DNA of 64,000 bases from Armatimonadota bacterium (GTDB lineage: Bacteria; Armatimonadota; UBA5829; DTJY01): the NCBI GenBank assembly GCA_025358205.1, contig JANYKG010000182.1, positions 3,497 to 67,496 of the forward strand, given 5' to 3'. The first letter of the stretch is position 1. Every line of letters begins with the position of its first letter. Positions 26,442 to 34,574 of the stretch are shown in pieces. A program made the position numbers and the translations under genes. The notes beneath the pieces were generated by a model, which was given only the letters and a program-made list of their open reading frames with translations, ran no database searches and had not been told where the DNA came from.

Positions 26442-27686
26442 ATGGATAGACAAATCATTGAGGGCATGATTTCCAGGGCGCTCGCAGGCGTCAAGATAAC
26501 GGACATTCACACGCATCTGTACTCACCGGAGTTCGGCGGGCTGATGCTGTGGGGCATAGATGAGGTGCTGACCTATCACTATCTCGTCGCCGAGACCATG
26601 CGCTGGGTGGACATGCCGTATGCGGATTTCTGGGCCATGTCTAAGACAGAGCAGGCTGATCTGATATGGCAGACGCTGTTCATCGAGCACTCGCCGGTCA
26701 GCGAGGCATGCCGTGGGGCGCTTACCGTGCTGAAAGGCCTGGGGCTGGACGTGTCGTCACGCGATCTGACCGCGTTCCGGGCGTTTTTCGCGAAGCAGAA
26801 CCCGGTTGATCATGTTGACACCGTGTTCGACACAGCCGGAATCGGTTCCGTTGTGATGACCAATGATCCTTTTGACGAAGCTGAACGACAGATCTGGCTC
26901 AGCGGAGGAAAGACCGATCCAAGATTTCACGCCGCCCTGCGGATAGACCCGCTGCTGAACCTGTGGGACTCCACCTGTCCGAAACTCAAGGCTCTTGGCT
27001 ATGACGTCTATGACACCTTTGACAAAGGCTCTCCTGAGGGAGTTCGTCGTTTCCTTACCGATTGGATCGAGCGGATGGACGCGCTTTACATGGCCGTCTC
27101 TCTGCCGACGGAGTTCGCCTATCCTGAGGATTCGATCCGCTGCCGCATCATTGATGAGTGCGTCATACCGGTGTGCCGTCAGCTAGGCATTCCGTTTGCG
27201 CTCATGATAGGCGTCAAGCGTCAGGTGAATTCGGCTCTAAAGGGGGCTGGCGACGCGGTGGGCTACGGTTCGGTTGGCTCAGTCGAGCGACTGTGCGCCC
27301 GATACCCTGACAACAAGTTCATGGTCACCATGTTGGCGAGAGAAAACCAGCACGAGTTGTGCGTGGCCTCGCGGAAATTCAGGAACTTGCTCATCTTCGG
27401 GTGCTGGTGGTTCCTGAACAACCCGAGTCTGATTGACGAGATCACCCGCATGAGGCTGGAACTGCTCGGTTTAAGTATGATACCTCAGCATTCCGATGCC
27501 CGCGTGCTGGACCAATTGATCTACAAGTGGGCGCACTCGCGTCAGGTCATCGGCGCGGTGCTGGTGGATAAGTACACAGACCTGGCAGCGACCGGGTGGG
27601 CGCCGACACAGGATGAGATCAACAGAGATATCGAAGGGCTTTTCGGCGGAAATTTCTGGTCGTTTATAGAAAGAAAGGGCGTCTAG
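26442..27686 (+). CDS. Amidohydrolase-superfamily protein, uronate-isomerase-like
   Basis: 414-aa ORF with GGAGGA SD. ITDIHTHLYSPEF...YHYLVAETMRW resembles the D-x-H-x-H-L...DHY...MR N-terminal pattern of UxaC-type isomerases. The assignment is distant. Confidence 0.55.
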   Translation: MDRQIIEGMISRALAGVKITDIHTHLYSPEFGGLMLWGIDEVLTYHYLVAETMRWVDMPYADFWAMSKTEQADLIWQTLFIEHSPVSEACRGALTVLKGLGLDVSSRDLTAFRAFFAKQNPVDHVDTVFDTAGIGSVVMTNDPFDEAERQIWLSGGKTDPRFHAALRIDPLLNLWDSTCPKLKALGYDVYDTFDKGSPEGVRRFLTDWIERMDALYMAVSLPTEFAYPEDSIRCRIIDECVIPVCRQLGIPFALMIGVKRQVNSALKGAGDAVGYGSVGSVERLCARYPDNKFMVTMLARENQHELCVASRKFRNLLIFGCWWFLNNPSLIDEITRMRLELLGLSMIPQHSDARVLDQLIYKWAHSRQVIGAVLVDKYTDLAATGWAPTQDEINRDIEGLFGGNFWSFIERKGV

Positions 27687-27725
27687 CCGCCGATCAACGC
27701 GGATTAGCGCAGATGGGAAGAACTG

Positions 27726-28958
27726 ATGAGAAACCTGATTATGTTCATAATCTTCGGGATACTAGTATCCGCAGCGCTGGCGTTCGGCGCCGCACCGACA
27801 AAGGTGACCTATGATCAGTACAACCGCGTGCTGAAGAACGGCAAGCCATGGTTCCCTATACTCCTCACGCCGGTCCCGCCGCCTTTTGGCGCGAAGGATC
27901 CCATGGGCAGAGACGCAGTCGAATCGCTCGTCGCCGATGGAGTGGACGGATTCCGCATCGGGCGTGGGCTAGAGACCAAGAAGGAGCAAGACGAGTGCGC
28001 CAAGTACCTGGACTGGTTCGCGAAATACGGCGCGTATGCTATGCCCTATATCTCTGAGCCGAGCGTCTTCAGCGCGAAGTTCCCGAAACGCCCGGAAGTG
28101 CTGCGGCAGATAATCGAACGGTTCAAGGATCACCCCGCCCTAGCGCTGTGGAAGACCATGGACGAACCCGCGTGGGGTGGGTCATCGCCGCAGGGCATGA
28201 TCGAGGCCTATAAGTTTATCAAGAAGATTGACCAAGACCACCCCGTGTGGATCGGCCACGCGCCAAGAGCGACGCTCGAAACCCTAAGGGAGTACTACGA
28301 CGCCTGCGACATGGCTGGACTGGACATCTATCCCATCTCCATTCCGATGGGCAAGCACGGCCACTTCCCTAACAAAGAGATGAGCGTGGTGGGCGATTAC
28401 GCGCAGTGGATCAACAAGGCGCTGTATGGCAAGAAGCCGTTCTTCATGATTCTGCAGATCTGCTGGAGCGGCGTGACTCCGCCGAACAATATCCTCGTAA
28501 TGCCCACGTATCGGCAGGAGCGGTACATGACCTACCAGTCCATCATCAACGGCGCGCGCGGGCTGGTCTACTTCGGGATGCCGGTCGCGCTTCAGGGTCG
28601 CGACGCTGAGCTTGGGTACAACTGGACTTTCTGGAACGAGGTCATGCGGCCGCTTCTCCGCGAGATGGGGAAGGGGAGCGAGATTCACTCCGCGCTGCTG
28701 GCCCCGGACGCGAGGGCGGCGCTGAAGGTCAGCGGTCAGCCGGAGTTAGAGTACACCACGCGGCAGGTGGGGCCGTTTCTGTACATCTTTGCCGCCAAGC
28801 GCGAAGGCCCTGCGAAGGAGATTCGCTTCACCGGCGATGTGCTGAGCGGCGAGATCGAGGCGCTCTCGGAGAACCGCAAGCTGAACGCGCAAAACGGAAG
28901 CTTCTCGGACAACTTCGAGCCGTTTGATGTACACATCTATAAGGTGCGCCTTCGCTGA
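27726..28958 (+). CDS. Secreted putative TIM-barrel glycoside hydrolase (clan GH-A-like)
   Basis: 410-aa ORF with a signal peptide. ALWKTMDEPAWGG (NEP-like acid/base context) and AGLDIYPI are reminiscent of GH42/GH-A-like hypothetical hydrolases. The family assignment is weak. Confidence 0.5.
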   Translation: MRNLIMFIIFGILVSAALAFGAAPTKVTYDQYNRVLKNGKPWFPILLTPVPPPFGAKDPMGRDAVESLVADGVDGFRIGRGLETKKEQDECAKYLDWFAKYGAYAMPYISEPSVFSAKFPKRPEVLRQIIERFKDHPALALWKTMDEPAWGGSSPQGMIEAYKFIKKIDQDHPVWIGHAPRATLETLREYYDACDMAGLDIYPISIPMGKHGHFPNKEMSVVGDYAQWINKALYGKKPFFMILQICWSGVTPPNNILVMPTYRQERYMTYQSIINGARGLVYFGMPVALQGRDAELGYNWTFWNEVMRPLLREMGKGSEIHSALLAPDARAALKVSGQPELEYTTRQVGPFLYIFAAKREGPAKEIRFTGDVLSGEIEALSENRKLNAQNGSFSDNFEPFDVHIYKVRLR

Positions 28959-28982
28959 TGTGGTGCGGCGGAACAAAGTAGA

Positions 28983-29789
28983 CTATTCGGTCTTCACGCG
29001 ATATCCGGGGAGCAGTTCCTTGATCTTGCGGTTGGTGCCGGTCATGGTAAGCAGGTTGCCGTCCGCGTCGGGCGGAAACTCCATGGTCGCCTGAAGGATG
29101 CTGTCTTCCTTCACCGTGCCAATTCCAGGGCTTATCCACAAGGTGGTCACGCTTGTTCCGCGCTTCACCTCGGCCTGGTCCTCGCCTTCGCCCATAAAGC
29201 CGGCGATTTCCTTACACGTGACGTACATCTTCACGCAGTTGTCGAACGTCCCGGCGGGCACCGTCACGCTTTCTCTACCGGCCACCCTGGAGTACATCGG
29301 CAGCGTTAGTTTTCCCTCTTTGAACGTGCCCATGCGCCACACTTTGCCCGTGCCCAGCCCGGTTCCGAACAGCACCAGCGGCGGATCATACTCCACTTGG
29401 TCACCCGTCAGCATCCCGATATCGCTCTTGGATTTGCCCGCAGTGATGAATATGCCGTCCTTCGTCTTCAGAAGCGTGCTATCCACCACTGACTCTTGCG
29501 CGTCGGTGTTGATGCCCTTTTCGGTTTTGGTGACCATGCGATCTTCGTAGACCACATCGCCGTTCGGTCTGCGCTCGCTTATGGCGATGATCTCTTCAAC
29601 GCACGATCCGCGAGACCCGCTCTGCGCGGATTTCAGCATCTTGCCGTCACTGAAGCTCATGATCCCCATTTCGGAGACGGAGTACTCCCAGCGGTTGCCC
29701 ACGGCAAGCGGCATAGGGCTTTTCTCAGCAGCCTGTGCGTACCCGGCCGTCAAAATGCAGGCCGATATCAGGAAAATGAGTCTGTGCAT
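28983..29789 (-). CDS. Secreted hypothetical protein
   Basis: Track ORF 28983-29840. The ATG at 29789 has GGAGG 5 nt upstream and gives the signal peptide MHRLIFLISACILTAGYAQA. No recognisable family. Confidence 0.6.
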   Translation of the reverse strand: MHRLIFLISACILTAGYAQAAEKSPMPLAVGNRWEYSVSEMGIMSFSDGKMLKSAQSGSRGSCVEEIIAISERRPNGDVVYEDRMVTKTEKGINTDAQESVVDSTLLKTKDGIFITAGKSKSDIGMLTGDQVEYDPPLVLFGTGLGTGKVWRMGTFKEGKLTLPMYSRVAGRESVTVPAGTFDNCVKMYVTCKEIAGFMGEGEDQAEVKRGTSVTTLWISPGIGTVKEDSILQATMEFPPDADGNLLTMTGTNRKIKELLPGYRVKTE

Positions 29790-29847
29790 AAATCCTCCAA
29801 AACATGTACCGCCGGCCAATTCTATCATCGGCATCTCCACAGCATAA

Positions 29848-29890
29848 AGGGAGGGCGAGAATCCTTCCGAGACGGACTCTCACCCTCCCT
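29848..29890 (-). terminator. Hairpin terminator candidate downstream of the minus-strand GH38 gene
   Basis: AGGGAGGGCGAG (29848-29859) faces CTCACCCTCCCT (29879-29890). On the minus strand the stem (one G-U) is followed by TTAT. Confidence 0.45.
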
Positions 29891-29895
29891 ATTGC

Positions 29896-32800
29896 CTATA
29901 ACGTCAGCTTGATGGTCTTCAACTCGAACGGCTTCATCGTGATCGCGATGGAACTGCCGTTGTGCTTAATCCCGTGCAGGTCGCGCTCCAGCAGATCGCA
30001 TTCTGACGCCTTGCCGATCGGGAACCCCGCGGTCAGCGTACACTGCGCGTCCATGCCGCTGCACTCGTACATACGCACGATCAGCGCGTCCTCGCGGTCA
30101 GCCTTCTTCACCGTGTCTATCACCACGTTCGGTGCATCGGCGCTCAGCATTGTCCTCGCCTCAACCTCATCTGCGGTGGTCCACGTCGTCATCTGCACGT
30201 TCAGCTCGTGGGCATTGCGAACCGTCTCGCCCTCTCGCCAGTCGCCTGCGTGCGGCAGTATCGAGTATGTGAACAGGTGCTCACCCATGTCGGCATCAGG
30301 ATCGGGATGCTTCGGCGAGCGGAGGAGCGTCAGGCGCATGACGTTCTGGTGTACGTCGTGGCCGTACTTGCAGTCGTTTATCAGGCTGACGCCGTGATCG
30401 GCTTGAGACATGTCAACCCACTTGTGCGCGGCGACCTCGACCCTGGCGAAATCCCAGCTCGTATTCCAGTGGGTTGGGCGGTCTACGCTCCCGAACTGGA
30501 TATCGAATCTGGCCGTGCTGGTGTGAACGTCCACCGGGAACGCTACCTTCAGCATCTTCCTGTCTTCATGCCAGTCAACCCGAGTCTCGAAGTCAATCCT
30601 GGGGTCCGCGCCCCACAGGACGATGCGCTGCTCGATCTGGGATGAGCCGAACCTGCGCGTGATCTTGAGCGAACCGCGCACAGGACCGTGGTCCTCCACC
30701 TCGATCTTCGTGACATCTGTGATGTCCGAGCCTTTGTCCTGGTAGAAGAAGTCAACGTCCCACGCGTCCCAGGCCAGCGGCTTGTCCTCAAAGAGCTGCA
30801 TCACGTTCGCCTTCTCGCCCGCCGGGAGTACCTCGCGGTTCTGCCTCTTGTCGAAGATTGACGATATCTGCCCGCTCTTGTCAAGCTTGATGCGGTAGAA
30901 CGCGTTTTCCATGCCGTGATCGGAGACCTTCACGTCCGACCGGCCCGACTTCGGCGCGCCTTTCACGAGCTTGAATGCGCCTACGCCGATGCCGGGAACC
31001 GATTCGGGCTGGAACCACAGCAGGGATGAGTCAACCTTCGACGCCTGTGACCGGAGCGCGACCCCGTGGTCGGTCTCCACATGCCAGTCGCTCGCCTTGC
31101 CGGGGACGCTGACCTGCGCAGCGTCATGGCGGTCCCAGTTCAGGCTGTTGAAGACGAGGATGTTCTCGCCCTTGCCTGCCTTGCCGCCGATCTTGGCGAG
31201 ACCGGTATCGCGAACCCACGTGCCGGTATCCTCGATCTCCTTGTACTCCAGCGCTGTGTCTTTGTAGACATCGGTTACGGACGTGCCGGGGATGACGTCA
31301 TGGAACTGGTTCTTGCAGATCATCTTCCACGCACGGGTGATCTGCTCAATCGGGTACTCCGCCTTCGTGAGCACCCACGCAAGACCCGCCGCCATCTCGG
31401 CGTCGCGGAAGAGCAGCTCTGACTTGCGATTCGACCGCTTGTTTCGGGCCTGGGTGGTAAGCGTGCCTCGGTGCAGTTCCAAGTAGAGCTCGCCGACCCA
31501 CTCCGGCAGGTCTTCACTGCGCTTCTCAAGCTGATGGAAGAAGTCCGCCACCCACATCGGCGTACACTTCGGCAGTCCCTCCAGGTTCTTCGCGCGCTTC
31601 AGGTGCTCCAGGTGCTCTATGGTCGGTCCGCCGCCGCCGTCGCCGAAGCCGAACGGGTAGAGCGCGAAGTCGGAGCGGTCCTTCTCACGGTAGTCATCCG
31701 CGCCGGTCCTGATCTGCTTGGGGTCAATGCGCGCGTTGTAGTCGTTAGTCGGCGGGAAATGTGCGAGTACCTTCGTCCCGTCAATGCCCGCCCACCAGAA
31801 CGAGGTGTATGGGAACTTGTTGAACTGATTCCAGCTTATCTTGATTGTGGAGAAGTACTTCACCGCCGCCTTCTTCAGAATTTGCGGGAGCGCCGCGCTG
31901 TAGCCGAAGACGTCCGGCAGCCACAGCACGTCGGTCTCGATGCCGAACTCGTCCATGAAGAACCGCTTGCCGAGGACAATCTGCCGCACCAGCGACTCGC
32001 CGGAGCAGATGTTGCAGTCGGCCTCCACCCACATGCTGCCCTGCGGTTCCAGCCTGCGCTCCTTCACGCGCTTCTTGACCCGAGCGTACAGATCGGGGTA
32101 GTGGTCCTTGGTGAACTCGTAGAGCTGGGCCTGACTCTGCGTGAACAGGTAGTCGGGGTACTCCTCCATCAGGCGGTCAACGGTCGAGAACGTCCGCGAG
32201 CACTTGCGGATGGTCTCCGCGTAGGGCCACAGCCAGGCGACGTCTATGTGCGAATGGCCGTTGCACGCGAACTCGATGGCGCTGGCGTCGGCCTGGGCCT
32301 TGTACAGCGGCGCGAGGATCTTCGCGGCCTTCTTCGCGGTATCGGTCAGCGCGTCGAATCCAGCGGCCTTCGCTGAGGCGCTACCCGCGTCGTTCCCGGC
32401 GGCTCTCGCCGCCTCCGGGTTGAACGCGTCCACGCTCTTGTTTGCGGTACGGACAATCACCGCGCGTCGCCTGCTTTCTTTCGGCAGGCACTCCGCCAGG
32501 CAGGTGATGAAGTTCAGGTCGAAGTAGTAGTCCTTCACCGCAGGGTTCAGCACGGCTATGTCCGCGCGCTCCATCTTCACCACGTGGCGGTTGTTCTGCC
32601 AGACCGGGGTGGACACGCACTCGGCCACCAGTTCGAACTTCTGTCCGGTCTTGGCTTTTTCGGTCAAGATCACGTCCGGGTGATTGGGGTCCACGCCCTG
32701 GTACGGCACGCCGTTGATGAACAGGCAGCCCTCGCCGCCGAGCCAGCCGGTGGTGCCGAAGCGGAACAGCCCGACCAGCGTCTTGCCGTCGAACTCCTTG

Positions 32801-33057
32801 GGGACGGTGAACTGCATCTTGAACCACGCGAACTCACCGTTTCCGGCCCAGGAATCGCCGACCTTGATGTCCTTCCATCCGCTGGCCTTCAGCGCGTCCT
32901 CGATCTTCTCGTACGCGGTGGTCTCGCGAATCTGGATATTCTCAATCTGCTTAGGCGAAACGTAGCGCAGATTGCCGAATTCATTGCAGCGCTGCCGAAT
33001 CTTGGTCAGCAGCATTTCTTCTTTCTTTTCATGAAGCATTGGTTGGTGAAGCGCCAT
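29896..33057 (-). CDS. Cytoplasmic GH38 alpha-mannosidase
   Basis: 1053-aa ORF with no signal peptide. GH38 signature ACNGHSHIDVAWLWPY, plus conserved QFHDVIPGTS and NDCKYGHD blocks. Confidence 0.9.
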   Translation of the reverse strand: MALHQPMLHEKKEEMLLTKIRQRCNEFGNLRYVSPKQIENIQIRETTAYEKIEDALKASGWKDIKVGDSWAGNGEFAWFKMQFTVPKEFDGKTLVGLFRFGTTGWLGGEGCLFINGVPYQGVDPNHPDVILTEKAKTGQKFELVAECVSTPVWQNNRHVVKMERADIAVLNPAVKDYYFDLNFITCLAECLPKESRRRAVIVRTANKSVDAFNPEAARAAGNDAGSASAKAAGFDALTDTAKKAAKILAPLYKAQADASAIEFACNGHSHIDVAWLWPYAETIRKCSRTFSTVDRLMEEYPDYLFTQSQAQLYEFTKDHYPDLYARVKKRVKERRLEPQGSMWVEADCNICSGESLVRQIVLGKRFFMDEFGIETDVLWLPDVFGYSAALPQILKKAAVKYFSTIKISWNQFNKFPYTSFWWAGIDGTKVLAHFPPTNDYNARIDPKQIRTGADDYREKDRSDFALYPFGFGDGGGGPTIEHLEHLKRAKNLEGLPKCTPMWVADFFHQLEKRSEDLPEWVGELYLELHRGTLTTQARNKRSNRKSELLFRDAEMAAGLAWVLTKAEYPIEQITRAWKMICKNQFHDVIPGTSVTDVYKDTALEYKEIEDTGTWVRDTGLAKIGGKAGKGENILVFNSLNWDRHDAAQVSVPGKASDWHVETDHGVALRSQASKVDSSLLWFQPESVPGIGVGAFKLVKGAPKSGRSDVKVSDHGMENAFYRIKLDKSGQISSIFDKRQNREVLPAGEKANVMQLFEDKPLAWDAWDVDFFYQDKGSDITDVTKIEVEDHGPVRGSLKITRRFGSSQIEQRIVLWGADPRIDFETRVDWHEDRKMLKVAFPVDVHTSTARFDIQFGSVDRPTHWNTSWDFARVEVAAHKWVDMSQADHGVSLINDCKYGHDVHQNVMRLTLLRSPKHPDPDADMGEHLFTYSILPHAGDWREGETVRNAHELNVQMTTWTTADEVEARTMLSADAPNVVIDTVKKADREDALIVRMYECSGMDAQCTLTAGFPIGKASECDLLERDLHGIKHNGSSIAITMKPFELKTIKLTL

Positions 33058-33153
33058 AATTTCCTCTCAACTTCCGATTCGTACTCATACTCCTACTCGC
33101 TTGTCCGCCGAAGTTCGCTGCGGCGAACGAAGGTGGATACTCTCTCTCTTTTT

Positions 33154-33181
33154 CGTGACGAGTGATGAGTGATACGTGAAC
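33154..33181 (+). repeat. Family-C repeat, copy 3 (single arm)
   Basis: CGTGACGAGTGATGAGTGATACGTGAAC. It is identical to copy 1 apart from one extra GAGTGAT heptad. It lies about 100 nt upstream of the divergent GH38 start. Confidence 0.6.
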
Positions 33182-33260
33182 TGATCCTGCGAGCCGTCTC
33201 ACGCGGCCCGGACAACGTACCCTGTTAGACAGCCCACCCTCGTCATCCTCCGTGAAACGC

Positions 33261-33289
33261 TTGCGGAATCCGGCCTTCCGCCGTACAAT
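33261..33289 (+). promoter_or_regulatory. Candidate sigma-70 promoter (TTGCGG-17 nt-TACAAT)
   Basis: TTGCGG at 33261-33266 and TACAAT at 33284-33289, about 55 nt upstream of the LigD-PE gene. Confidence 0.4.
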
Positions 33290-33342
33290 GTGCGTTGTGG
33301 GTACACTTACGCAGACACCGCAGTCGCCCGTGTTGAGGAGCT

Positions 33343-33795
33343 TTGACTATGACCGGATCGCTTGACGAATATGCACTGAAAAGAAACTTCGGTGAGACGC
33401 CTGAGCCTGGGCCGGAAGTCGAGGATACCGGGCAGCAGCGGTTCGTGGTGCAGGAACATCACTCGTCTACCCTGCACTGGGACTTCCGGCTGGAGATCGA
33501 CGGAGTACTGAAGAGCTGGGCCGTGCCGAAGGGTCCGCCGGAAGAGCCGGGCGTGCGCAGGCTGGCGGTACACGTTGAAGATCACCCGGTTGACTACATA
33601 GACTTCCAGGGGACCATCGAGGAAGGCAACTACGGCGCGGGAGAGGTCAAGCTCTGGGACAACGGGACCTTCGAACTGGAGAAGAACGAGCCGGCTGAGA
33701 TGCTGTTCACGCTGAACGGCAAGCGCCTCCACGGGCGATACGCGCTCATCCACACCCGCGAGAAGCAGTGGATAATGCTCAAGCGCAAGTCGTAG
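33343..33795 (+). CDS. Stand-alone LigD 3-prime-phosphoesterase (PE) domain protein
   Basis: 150-aa ORF (TTG at 33343 or ATG at 33349). RFVVQEHHSSTLHWDFRLE, SWAVPKGP and HVEDHPVDY are the hallmark His/Asp motifs of the LigD phosphoesterase module. Confidence 0.8.
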   Translation: MTMTGSLDEYALKRNFGETPEPGPEVEDTGQQRFVVQEHHSSTLHWDFRLEIDGVLKSWAVPKGPPEEPGVRRLAVHVEDHPVDYIDFQGTIEEGNYGAGEVKLWDNGTFELEKNEPAEMLFTLNGKRLHGRYALIHTREKQWIMLKRKS

Positions 33796-33989
33796 ACGCC
33801 GATCCACATGCCTTCAGATCCATGATTTCGGATTTAGAGAGGTCGTCCGCTTGACGGTATCGGCTCATGACATCTGCTCACATGCGACCCACGGAATTCC
33901 ATCTCCCCAAATTGTTAGATCCAAATCCATCTTCAAAACCGTCTTACCATTGGGAGGAACATAGACGTGGGCAAGATGGAAGGATACCG

Positions 33990-34574
33990 ATGATGCCGGA
34001 GGAAATCGCTATTTCAGTTAATACTGAATCCAGGCCGGCCAACGCGATTTGGGTCGGAAGATGGCCCCATACACGCGAGGAGTTCGAGCGGTTCATCGAG
34101 GTATTTTTGGACCGCCTGGTCTGGTATGCGTTTCGTCGGCTCGGTAACCTGGAAGAGGCCGAAGATGTCGTTCAGGATGCATTCGTAAAGGCATTTGCCG
34201 ACCGGGAAAAGCTCCGCAGAGTGCGGCAGGTCGGGCCTTATATCTACCGGATGGTGGCTAACGCTTGTGCGGAACACCGTGGCAGGCGGAAAACCCTCTC
34301 GCTCGATGAACTCGGGCCGGAGGATATTCCCGGCAATGAGGGCAAGGTATCTCAGCAGATCGCTGCCGCTGACGAGTTGCAGCGCATCGAGCAGTACCTA
34401 CGCCGCCTGCCGGGTCGTCAAGCCGAAGTAATCCGGCTCCGTGTCCTGGATGGACTCTCGCTCTCCGACATCGCCGAGATCGTTGGCTGCAGTCTCGCTA
34501 CCGCCAAATCACGCTTCCGATACGGACTGCAGAAACTCCGACGAATCGTTCCTCATGCAAAGGAGGAATCCTAA
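33990..34574 (+). CDS. ECF (group 4) RNA polymerase sigma factor
   Basis: Track ORF 33867-34574. The ATG at 33990 follows GGAAGGA. Region 2 is LEEAEDVVQDAFVKAF; region 4 HTH is LSLSDIAEIVGCSLATAKSRFRYGLQKL. Confidence 0.85.
   Translation: MMPEEIAISVNTESRPANAIWVGRWPHTREEFERFIEVFLDRLVWYAFRRLGNLEEAEDVVQDAFVKAFADREKLRRVRQVGPYIYRMVANACAEHRGRRKTLSLDELGPEDIPGNEGKVSQQIAAADELQRIEQYLRRLPGRQAEVIRLRVLDGLSLSDIAEIVGCSLATAKSRFRYGLQKLRRIVPHAKEES

Larger units (their letters stand above)
9577..27014. repeat. Dispersed array of the motif (T)GWCTATGAC(A): at least 22 nine-mer copies plus 7 core-only copies
   Basis: GTCATAGWC starts: 9577, 9727, 9742, 10036, 10267, 12843, 14198, 15634, 17838, 20278, 22035, 24453. 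GWCTATGAC starts: 15114, 17573, 19429, 20269, 21780, 22286, 23622, 23919, 26109, 27006. Seven-mer core only: 10009, 10042, 14387, 17213, 21536, 26200, 26999. By-eye scanning found only one nine-mer copy (33345) in the other ~46 kb. Confidence 0.85.
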
